From Nanobdellota archaeon (GTDB taxonomy: Archaea; Nanobdellota; Nanobdellia; Woesearchaeales; GW2011-AR9): a stretch of DNA of 53,877 nt. The translations under genes were made by a program, and so were the position numbers. Shown here piece by piece: positions 29,801 through 37,247 of this stretch. How positions within the stretch are numbered: position 1 is the first letter of the stretch; every line of letters begins with the position of its first letter. Below the pieces are notes generated by a model. It saw nothing but the letters and a program-made list of their open reading frames with translations, did no database searches and was not told where the DNA came from. The stretch is from contig JAUYPX010000010.1 of the NCBI GenBank assembly GCA_030697505.1, positions 1 to 53,877 on the forward strand, written 5' to 3'.

Positions 29801-31594
29801 GATGGCGTTGCTCCTGAAATAATTAAAGTTACACTCAAAACCACAGCTAACAAAACCAACGATGTATCGTATTACTACGACGGCTTTGCTCAATTAGTGC
29901 AGTTAAAGACCGATGTTGAGAATTCTCAGCAGATCGTCAAGAATATTTTCTATGACGGATTAGGACGAGTGAAACAGGAACAGAATCCCTACTTTGCTAC
30001 GATGACCATGGCAATTACCTCTCCGATGGTCGGAAATTATACTTTTTACACCTATGATGCTTTGGATCGAGTGATTGGAGTGATGAATTCTGATGGAACG
30101 ACCAAGAATATTACTTTTGATAGAAAGAATATCACTGACTTTGATGAGAAGAAGAACCGGCATACCTACATGATTGATGGCTATGATAGGATTGTGAATG
30201 TTTACGAATTTATGGCCGATCAATATATTCTTCAGAATGAGACCTATGTGACGACCTACGAGTATGATGCCAATGATAACTTGATTAAGATAACTGACAG
30301 TCAAGGAAATACATTCTCTTTCGCTTATGACTCCTTGAATAGAAAAACTGAGATGAGAGATCCAGATTTGGGAAGATGGATGTATGGATATGATACGAAT
30401 GGTAATTTGGTAAGTCAAAGTGGAGGAGGAGGAGATTTAATAAGCGGAGATGGCTTTTATAGAGAATATGATAGCTTTGGACAACTTAGCAAAATTAGGA
30501 CTGGTTCAACGAACACTTCGCCAGTACTGGAACAATACTTTTATGATGCAGATGGACAACGGATTAAAATTTGGAAGAATGATAGTGCTAATACAACAAT
30601 TTACACACCGTTTAGGGAGTTGATGAGAATCGTGAACTTGACTGGAAGCTATGAATTCACGTATATTTATGATGGAGATACGCAAGTAGCGAGAAAAAAT
30701 CCTGATGGGAGCATTCAATACGATCATACTGATCATCTTGGAAGTGTTGGTGTTTTAACTAACTCAACAGGTGGAATATTGGAAAATACACTCTACGCAC
30801 CTTATGGTGAAGAGTTATCTGGCGGTAATATGGATTTCAAGGGGTATACTGGTCAGTTTGATGACGAAGCAACTGGGCAAATGTATTATGGAGCAAGGTA
30901 TTATAAACCAGGAATTGGAATATTTATAAGCCCAGATTCTTTAATACAAAATGCTTTTGATCCTCAATTTTTGAATCATTATTCCTATGTCAGAAACAAT
31001 CCATATGCATATATTGATCCAAATGGAAAGAATGCTATTATTGTAACAAATTATAATGTAATGAGTCATAATCGGGTTACCGGTATTCCTGCCCATGAAG
31101 TGATAATTGTTGGAAATGAAGGAAGCTATACTCTTTATTCCTATAGTGAAGGCAAACTGGATCCTGCTCCAATTGAAGCAAGTAATGTAAATAAATTATT
31201 AAGTGAACTAAATGATAGACAATCAGAAAGTCAACCAGGATTTAAGGTTATAGCAGAATTTACAACTAGTTCTGACGAAGATAAAGTACTACACGATGCA
31301 GCAAAGAAGAATGCAGTAATAAACAAGATTGCTGAGGAGTATCAATGCCAGGATTTTGTTATTGGTACTTTAAATAGCATTGGTGTAGGCTATAGTCAAG
31401 GTTTTATTGACAAAAATGTTCAGCTGGTTCATGAAAAGAATATGCAATCTTCTGCAAACAAATGGAATGTTGAACGTGCCTTTAGTGGCACATTAGGAGA
31501 GTATATGAAACAACCAAGAGAGGTTACGGGAAGCAAAATGTCTGCTTTACAAAGACATTGGGATAGAGTTAAATCTTATCTCAGTAAAACCTAG
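26870..31594 (+). CDS. Secreted RHS/YD-repeat polymorphic toxin (SpvB-like N-terminus, FG-GAP/VCBS propeller, TcdB-midN-like region, YD shell, RHS core, variable C-terminal toxin)
   Basis: Signal ...MAFA|AD; ATYSYGLSVPKG...LSYSS...GAGWSL; repeated DVNxDGxxD; FREFRGFAKV; YD repeats; DHLGS...YYGARYY...NNPYAYIDPNG. Confidence 0.9.
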   Translation: MKKIFFVFFVVCMFAPMAFAADQFKPYLHTATVPEAPKLNLYGQYQTNLYAGAATYSYGLSVPKGTNNLQPSLVLSYSSQAIQGMPSIVGAGWSLSDNFIQRDNNGTLNNLSDDYFILNMEGNQHYLRSTSLGNFSTQVDSYFKIQNISYVGNDYDMYWLVTKKDGTQYRFGYNTTSSELAATSHVVQWKLDRVEDTFGNVMSYSYTESDGVAYLSQIDYEQRKVTFNYDNNRSDFRPVYVSGLYQNMSKRLSSVSVFSNDELVRRYDLTYTAISSGLTSLQNITYLGDDNSSRLHTISFDYYSSAPGFWQRSTHWPSPIMFTYDAVPDTGARMVDVNNDGFVDIAYGNTTTQEKKVYLNDKISGFNLSSWVLPHYFIHSDGTDNGVRFVDVNNDGYTDLLRARDGTRQLYLNNGTAWNLTSSWTIPVDFWNSGEGQGILISDVNNDGYQDILQSNSQNNRHVYLHNRSSSWKEDTSWYIPVNFTAASADTGVRLIDVNGDGLPDILHSDLGKAFKKTYLHNGSGWTETTAYFQIPSYFTGTSNEDYGVRFIEVNGDGLIDIISDRNENDVLEKTAWLNNGSGWAKNNSWINPNNFVDGSFNGHKRIVDVNGDGMADLMQAKDGVIATWIRNQTYQPVLLRVQNEYGGVMVINYTDSTSLNNSLEGYSTLGFNIKVVKNITGYNGMNGDFALNYSTRYNYSGGSYSFDFREFRGFAKVAEQTLSAVVTHYFHQDDALKGKEFKTEVTEGKNYSMSVKGFKFTNSSGVFNVTLEFSSTYRYDGSEIPVVVNTSYVYDRFGNVISVTSLGDVGVVGDERFTNYTYVLDDIFLDKVSSSKTLDNNSVKIKESKFYYDGLGLNGIGLRGALSKKEDWDDNGNNSFVYFDYDEFGNVKRQTDSLGNSMSYSYDGTHVYPVTIVNALGHVMTYEYDVGTGNLLSEKKNGIETSYQYDVFGRITKEIRPYDSSSLPTKKYNYSMDGVAPEIIKVTLKTTANKTNDVSYYYDGFAQLVQLKTDVENSQQIVKNIFYDGLGRVKQEQNPYFATMTMAITSPMVGNYTFYTYDALDRVIGVMNSDGTTKNITFDRKNITDFDEKKNRHTYMIDGYDRIVNVYEFMADQYILQNETYVTTYEYDANDNLIKITDSQGNTFSFAYDSLNRKTEMRDPDLGRWMYGYDTNGNLVSQSGGGGDLISGDGFYREYDSFGQLSKIRTGSTNTSPVLEQYFYDADGQRIKIWKNDSANTTIYTPFRELMRIVNLTGSYEFTYIYDGDTQVARKNPDGSIQYDHTDHLGSVGVLTNSTGGILENTLYAPYGEELSGGNMDFKGYTGQFDDEATGQMYYGARYYKPGIGIFISPDSLIQNAFDPQFLNHYSYVRNNPYAYIDPNGKNAIIVTNYNVMSHNRVTGIPAHEVIIVGNEGSYTLYSYSEGKLDPAPIEASNVNKLLSELNDRQSESQPGFKVIAEFTTSSDEDKVLHDAAKKNAVINKIAEEYQCQDFVIGTLNSIGVGYSQGFIDKNVQLVHEKNMQSSANKWNVERAFSGTLGEYMKQPREVTGSKMSALQRHWDRVKSYLSKT

Positions 31595-31634
31595 TTCGAA
31601 ATAATCAAATAAAAATCAATAAGAGGCATAAAAA

Positions 31635-32102
31635 ATGGAAACAAAAAAAGGTTGGTTTTTTTATAAGATTCGATACGATTTAGCTTCTTTTTTATCGGTG
31701 GTAATTGTGATTATATTATTAGGGGTATTATTTACTTTCCACGATAACTTTATACGCTGGGCATCTTTCCAGTATCTAGAATTTTCTTTACTACTTATAA
31801 GCCTCACTTTAGCTATAACACACTTTTTTTTAGGAAAAACAAGGAAATATATGCATAAAAGAAAAATCTTAGCAGTATTTGCATTATTTCTTATTGCTCT
31901 AATATTAATTTCTTCATTATTTATAGCACCAATAGGCCCATTTAATAGAGCTCCCTCTGAATACAATTACGGTTTTTCAATAGAAGAGTGTAAGAAAGAT
32001 GGTTATTATTGTCTTAATTACCAATTTTTTGGATTTGGTAAATGTAATAAGTGCAGAAAATTAATTGTTGATGAAAATGATGAGGCTTTAAAAAATGATT
32101 AG
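31635..32102 (+). CDS. Putative immunity protein (3 TM + Cys cluster)
   Basis: Directly after the RHS gene, AT-rich, hydrophobic. Confidence 0.6.
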   Translation: METKKGWFFYKIRYDLASFLSVVIVIILLGVLFTFHDNFIRWASFQYLEFSLLLISLTLAITHFFLGKTRKYMHKRKILAVFALFLIALILISSLFIAPIGPFNRAPSEYNYGFSIEECKKDGYYCLNYQFFGFGKCNKCRKLIVDENDEALKND

Positions 32103-32150
32103 TTTAAAAATAAGAATAATATTAATTTTGGTTTCTGGAGTTAGGATACA

Positions 32151-33188
32151 ATGATTGCAAATACGCCGTTCAGAGAGTTGATGAGGATCGTGAATTTGAC
32201 TGGAAGCTATGAATTTACGTATATTTATGATGGAGATACTCTTGTTGCGAGAAAGAATTCGGATGGGAGTATTCAATACGACCATGCTGATCATTTAGGA
32301 AGTATTGGTGTTTTAACAAACCAGACAGGAAACGTTCTTGAAAATACGTTATATGAGCCATTTGGAGATGTAAGCTCAGGTGGAACAAAAGAAGTTAAGC
32401 TTTATACTGGTCATTTCTCTGATGAATTAACAAATCAATATTATTATGGCCAACGGTATTACAAACCAACAACAGGACAGTTTATTTCGGCTGATCCTAC
32501 GATTCAATACATTTATTCTCCACAGAGTTTGAATCGTTATAGTTATGTAATGAATAACCCTTACAAATATATTGATCCGTTTGGATTGTGGACATTGCAG
32601 GCAGGACTTAGTTTGAGTGGTGGCTTAGGCGAATTAGCGCCTATTGCGGGAACAGTAGGAGTTGGTTTTGTTATAAGTTATGATGAAGATGCAGGTACCG
32701 GACAGTTTGGTGCTTATCGTACGGCAGGAAGCGGAGTTCTTATTGGATCGCCTGGTTTAGGTGGTTCAATTGATTTTGCGTATAATCCATCTAATAAAAA
32801 TGTAAAAGATATAGGCGGAAAAGCAGTATCAGTTGGCATAGAAGCTCCAATCTTAGAAGGAGTTACTGCTGGAGTAGGTCTTAGTTATCCACAAGATAAT
32901 AATGGTAATGTGCTTGTTGATTCTGATGCTACTGATATAACTGGTAGCCTAGGTGCCGGTTTTAAGGCTTCAGTCTACACCTATGGAACTTCGACTAAAA
33001 CGATATCAACTCGTTCTATAAAAGTATCTAGCACCACTAAGCAGGTAACTAATGCGAATCAAGCTCAAAATAATAAAAATCAAAAAGGAACTGAAACATC
33101 TAAAGGTAGTAAAAATTTAAATACGGTTAAATCAACAATATCTAATATTGTTAAATCAGTTAAAAAAAATTTTGGAGGTAAAAAATGA
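32151..33188 (+). CDS. Orphan RHS core + alternative C-terminal toxin cassette (type-1 core)
   Basis: ~32163-32354 repeats ~30604-30795 (TPFRELMRIVNLTGSYEFTYIYDGD); NNPYKYIDPFG followed by a Gly-rich beta domain; no signal peptide. Confidence 0.8.
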   Translation: MIANTPFRELMRIVNLTGSYEFTYIYDGDTLVARKNSDGSIQYDHADHLGSIGVLTNQTGNVLENTLYEPFGDVSSGGTKEVKLYTGHFSDELTNQYYYGQRYYKPTTGQFISADPTIQYIYSPQSLNRYSYVMNNPYKYIDPFGLWTLQAGLSLSGGLGELAPIAGTVGVGFVISYDEDAGTGQFGAYRTAGSGVLIGSPGLGGSIDFAYNPSNKNVKDIGGKAVSVGIEAPILEGVTAGVGLSYPQDNNGNVLVDSDATDITGSLGAGFKASVYTYGTSTKTISTRSIKVSSTTKQVTNANQAQNNKNQKGTETSKGSKNLNTVKSTISNIVKSVKKNFGGKK

Positions 33189-33631
33189 TTTCAATCGATT
33201 TTAACTATATTTTAAGCCAATTATCATTATCAGAAAAAATTATCTTTTTCTTAATACCTTTAGCCATTGTAATTTTAATTATTGGAATTATTGCAATAGT
33301 ATATGGTGGTTATCAGGCAAGAAAGCTTTCCTCTTACTTAAAGAAAAATAATCCAGCTGTCTGGAGAAAAAGAACATTTTTTTGGGAACTTCTGGCTAAT
33401 TTCAAAACATTTAATCCAGCCATATGGAGCCAATACAACCCTATTGAAAATATTAAAAAATTATGGCAGTACATTTTTAATGATCAAGATACAAGCGATC
33501 CTAAAGTTCTCTTTTACAAACAAAAGATAAGGCCAGCTTATAAAATTTTTATATTTTCATTTGCTATGTTTGCTATTTTATTATTGTTGACATTTGTATT
33601 ATTCTTAATATCTGGGGCAAAAATACAATGA
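33185..33631 (+). CDS. Putative membrane immunity protein (YLKKxxP family)
   Basis: ATGA overlap with the cassette; TM-YLKKNNPAVW-...-TM. Confidence 0.65.
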   Translation: MISIDFNYILSQLSLSEKIIFFLIPLAIVILIIGIIAIVYGGYQARKLSSYLKKNNPAVWRKRTFFWELLANFKTFNPAIWSQYNPIENIKKLWQYIFNDQDTSDPKVLFYKQKIRPAYKIFIFSFAMFAILLLLTFVLFLISGAKIQ

Positions 33632-33858
33632 AAATAACTTACGATAAATCAGTTGACGCGTTGTATATATATTTACTACTTGAAGCTGAAAGTAAAACCA
33701 AAAGTAAAGGCATTGTTGCAAAAACAAAAGGAGATTGGCCAGTTCATCTTGACTTTACAAAAAATGGTAAATTATTTGGTATAGAAATTATGGGTGCAAG
33801 TAAAGTTGTTGACGTGTCTTATCTCAAAAAATTAAGATTTGAAAGAATAGACCAGTAA
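33628..33858 (+). CDS. DUF2283 domain protein (antitoxin-like)
   Basis: MKITYDKSVDALYIYL...LDFTKNGKLFGIEIMGAS. Confidence 0.8.
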   Translation: MKITYDKSVDALYIYLLLEAESKTKSKGIVAKTKGDWPVHLDFTKNGKLFGIEIMGASKVVDVSYLKKLRFERIDQ

Positions 33859-33944
33859 GATTACGATAGTTTCCATTCACAAACGAACTTTTGTGGAACA
33901 AAAAAGAAAATTCATCACAGTCTGCCTGTGGGAGGTGATAACAA

Positions 33945-34676
33945 ATGAAAAAATCCAGCATGAGTGCGAAGAGGATGTTTGCCGTTTGCCTACTCTTTGC
34001 ACTCTTTTCCTTTTCACTAGCTGTAGCCACTACAAACGAACTAACGTACGACTCAAATGCCAATAACATAACTTTAACGTACGACAATGTAAACCGAGTT
34101 GCATCTAAAACCTCTCCCACAGAAACAGTTACTTATGGCTATGATCAAATTTTTCAAGGAACAGCTGGTTTTGGTACAGGTGCAAGTGGTTCTAGCGGGA
34201 TTGTTTTTACTTATTATAATGGTCAACTAGAGTTTGGCCGTTATTCTACTACTGGTGCTGGTCTTTTCACACCAACAGCATCTGGTTCTGGAGAAGGAGG
34301 CATAGCCCCTTTTGTTAACAGCTTGGAAGAATTTGAAGGAGCATCATTTGATGTTAATGCAGATTATGGAGAGGGAGCTACTCTTGGTTTAGGAGCTAGT
34401 CTCCCTTATAACGAGAAAACAAATAGTTTAGACCTTAAAAAATCTTCATTTGAAGTGACAGGTTCAATAGCAGACGCAAACCCTCCTATTTTACTAGCAT
34501 CGGCTGCAATAACTGCTAGTACAACAAAAGTAACACCTTTATTTAAACTAAATTTTAATCCTAAACTTATGACTCTTGGAAATAATAATCAGGCACATAA
34601 AAAAGAAGCTCCAAAAACAGAACAAAAACAATCAATATTTAAGACTATATTAAAAAAAATAACTGGGAAAAAATGA
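33945..34676 (+). CDS. Chimeric secreted protein: signal peptide and first YD repeats of the 35058 gene fused to a Gly-rich toxin CT
   Basis: ~33914-34164 near-duplicates ~35026-35280 including the SD; the remainder resembles the CT of 32151. Confidence 0.7.
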   Translation: MKKSSMSAKRMFAVCLLFALFSFSLAVATTNELTYDSNANNITLTYDNVNRVASKTSPTETVTYGYDQIFQGTAGFGTGASGSSGIVFTYYNGQLEFGRYSTTGAGLFTPTASGSGEGGIAPFVNSLEEFEGASFDVNADYGEGATLGLGASLPYNEKTNSLDLKKSSFEVTGSIADANPPILLASAAITASTTKVTPLFKLNFNPKLMTLGNNNQAHKKEAPKTEQKQSIFKTILKKITGKK

Positions 34677-34686
34677 GGTGGAAATT

Positions 34687-35007
34687 ATGGCATTAAGCAT
34701 AAAGATGGAAATAATATTAGTTACAATAGGTTTATTATCTTTTTTAACTGGTTTTGTTAACCATTTTCTTCATATGCGCTACTTGAAAAAGCATAAACCA
34801 ACGATTTATAATTCGCTAGAAAATAAAAAGTCTCTGATTAAATTACCGATTTTTATGAATCTTGATTTAAAGAAATGGTGGAAATATAATTTTAATTTTA
34901 TGAATGAAAAAGAAAAAAGAATAAAGCTGCACAAGATAATTTACATTATTTCATTATTTATTTTTATGGCAGCACTAATAGTTTTACTGATGAATCCTGT
35001 AGAATAG
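34687..35007 (+). CDS. Putative membrane immunity protein (YLKKxxP family)
   Basis: TM-YLKKHKPTIY-...-TM; resembles 33185; SD gaggtg. Confidence 0.65.
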   Translation: MALSIKMEIILVTIGLLSFLTGFVNHFLHMRYLKKHKPTIYNSLENKKSLIKLPIFMNLDLKKWWKYNFNFMNEKEKRIKLHKIIYIISLFIFMAALIVLLMNPVE

Positions 35008-35057
35008 ACTTAAAATTTGCAAAAAATCACAGTCTGCCTGTGGGAGGTGATAAAAAC

Positions 35058-37247
35058 ATGAAAAAATCCAGTTTGGGTGCGAAGAGGATGTTTGTCTTTT
35101 GCCTACTTTTCGCACTCTTTTCCTTTTCACTAGCAGTGGCTGTTACCACCAACGATCTTAGCTACGACTCAGCTGCTAACAACATCACCTTAACTTACGA
35201 CAACGTAAACCGAGTTGCATCTAAAACTTCTCCCACAGAAACAGTTACTTATGGTTATGATCAAGATTTGCAAGGTACAGTTTCTAATGTCACATCTAAT
35301 AATATTCAAGTTAGATATGAATACGATGATAAATTACGAGTAACTAAAGAAATACGAATTATCGACAATATCCAGTTTGTCAAAGAATACATCTATGACT
35401 CAGCTAATCGAGTTATCTCTGCGGAAGTATCGGGAACAGATATCGATTTCATCTTCAACAAACAAGGCAAAGTAAAACAGATCCCTGGATATATTTCCGA
35501 TTCACACTACAATCCCTTTGGCTCAATGCTGAATAGAACGTATAATAATAACTTAGTGCAGACATTCACATATAATTCTACTAATAATCGATTGCACGCC
35601 ATTAGCATTCCATCCGTGCAGAACTTAGCATACACTTATGATAGTGTTGGAAACATCTTGACTATCAACGATGCAGTCAATAACAGATTGCATAACATGA
35701 GCTATGATTCATTAGATAGAATGACTAAAGCTGTTATCGGTACCGATAGATTTGCGTATTCCTACAATTCCATCGGCAACATTATGAAACTAGTAAAGAA
35801 TAATGATACCAAGCACTTTGTGTATAACGGAAGTCAAACCCACGCACCATCAAAAGTTATAGAAGGTTCTGCTGGAGCTGAAATTTATCATGTTAATGAA
35901 ACATCAAACACGAAGAACAAAACGATTCAATTCTTCCTTGTTAATGACAAAGATTCTACCTTGACTGGTGTCAATTGGACAGTTACTTTCGGTGACGGCG
36001 GAACAACTTCAGGAAGTGGAATAACACTTGGACCTGACAGTTCTACATTGATTACGACCAGTCGCACTTACGGTGTGGGTGGGAAATATCCAATAACAAT
36101 TACAGCTCAATCCGCAAATATCAGCGATGTTGAGGTTAAAAACATAAGATTCGGATCACGAGCAGCAAATTTGCGGAAAACTGCAAATGTTGCTGCGAAT
36201 TATACGTTTGAATTCGAAATCAGAAACGACATCAATGATACGATTAACAATATTGCCTGGAATTGTACGAATAATATCTTATCTTCAGCAAACTTTAGCT
36301 TAGCTGGAAATCAAACGCAGTATGTGTATCCGCAGATTAACTTTACCTCGCCTGGAATGAAAAATGTGACCTGTACTGTTATCTCTTCAGAAGGGATAGA
36401 ATCCAAAGAAATAGAAATAGAGGTGCTCGGTCTGGATGCTATCAACTACGACGTGTTGGCCGAGAATACCAGCAACAAAGTAATTGCCTTTACTGCGAAG
36501 AATAATTATTGGAACTCAACTACTAATATTTCCGTCACCAGTGATTCTGCTTTCTTCAGCAAGAATGCGTATATTGGTAAAGATGACTTTGTGATGGTGA
36601 TCAGTGAAGTGGAATATAGTTCCGATGGGGCGAAAACCTATACGATAACTCTGGATGCTGGCGGAAGCAATACAAAAACGAAATCTGTGACCAGAAAATT
36701 AGAAGGCGTGGCGATTGAGAATTATACTCGCTTTGATAACGGCGTACAACAACATTACACCTTCTACCTCAGGAACAAATGGAAATCAGGTAATATTACC
36801 TGGAACATGAGTGATCCATCTACCTCTGCAATAACTACAGTTGCATACAATCAGACCTTGAAAGTAGAAGTGGATTACAATTATACCACTCAAGGCATGA
36901 AGAAGGTGGTCTTGACCGCGCAAATAAGTTCCTTTATGGATAAAGTTACAGATAATTTTGAGATACGACCATTAAAGATTGACAAGCTAAATACACTCGC
37001 AGAAGGATTAGGTACTTCAGTGACGGAATTGGTTGTGAGAAATAATTTGAATCAAACTCAGTACTTCAGCTGGATATTTAATAGCGGAACACAGAACTTA
37101 ACTTCGTCTCAAATATTGAATTTGACTACCAACAATATCTTTGTCTATATCGCTTCGAATTACTCGACAGCTGGAGTGTATAAAACGAATGTAATGATCA
37201 ATTCATCGACATATAGAGATAATCAAACGGGAGTGATCGTCACATGA
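35058..37247 (+). CDS. Secreted YD-repeat (RHS middle segment) protein with C-terminal PKD/Ig-like domains; no RHS core
   Basis: SD ggaggtga; signal peptide; ~230 aa of YD repeats ending HAPSKV; WTVTFGDG...TYGVGGKYPITITA (PKD-like) and repeated Ig-like units. Confidence 0.8.
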   Translation: MKKSSLGAKRMFVFCLLFALFSFSLAVAVTTNDLSYDSAANNITLTYDNVNRVASKTSPTETVTYGYDQDLQGTVSNVTSNNIQVRYEYDDKLRVTKEIRIIDNIQFVKEYIYDSANRVISAEVSGTDIDFIFNKQGKVKQIPGYISDSHYNPFGSMLNRTYNNNLVQTFTYNSTNNRLHAISIPSVQNLAYTYDSVGNILTINDAVNNRLHNMSYDSLDRMTKAVIGTDRFAYSYNSIGNIMKLVKNNDTKHFVYNGSQTHAPSKVIEGSAGAEIYHVNETSNTKNKTIQFFLVNDKDSTLTGVNWTVTFGDGGTTSGSGITLGPDSSTLITTSRTYGVGGKYPITITAQSANISDVEVKNIRFGSRAANLRKTANVAANYTFEFEIRNDINDTINNIAWNCTNNILSSANFSLAGNQTQYVYPQINFTSPGMKNVTCTVISSEGIESKEIEIEVLGLDAINYDVLAENTSNKVIAFTAKNNYWNSTTNISVTSDSAFFSKNAYIGKDDFVMVISEVEYSSDGAKTYTITLDAGGSNTKTKSVTRKLEGVAIENYTRFDNGVQQHYTFYLRNKWKSGNITWNMSDPSTSAITTVAYNQTLKVEVDYNYTTQGMKKVVLTAQISSFMDKVTDNFEIRPLKIDKLNTLAEGLGTSVTELVVRNNLNQTQYFSWIFNSGTQNLTSSQILNLTTNNIFVYIASNYSTAGVYKTNVMINSSTYRDNQTGVIVT

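Noticed and set aside
30604-32354. Diversity-generating retroelement template/variable repeat pair
   Set aside because: Differences between the repeats are mixed, largely synonymous changes (C/T as well as A/G), not adenine-specific; no reverse transcriptase in the window
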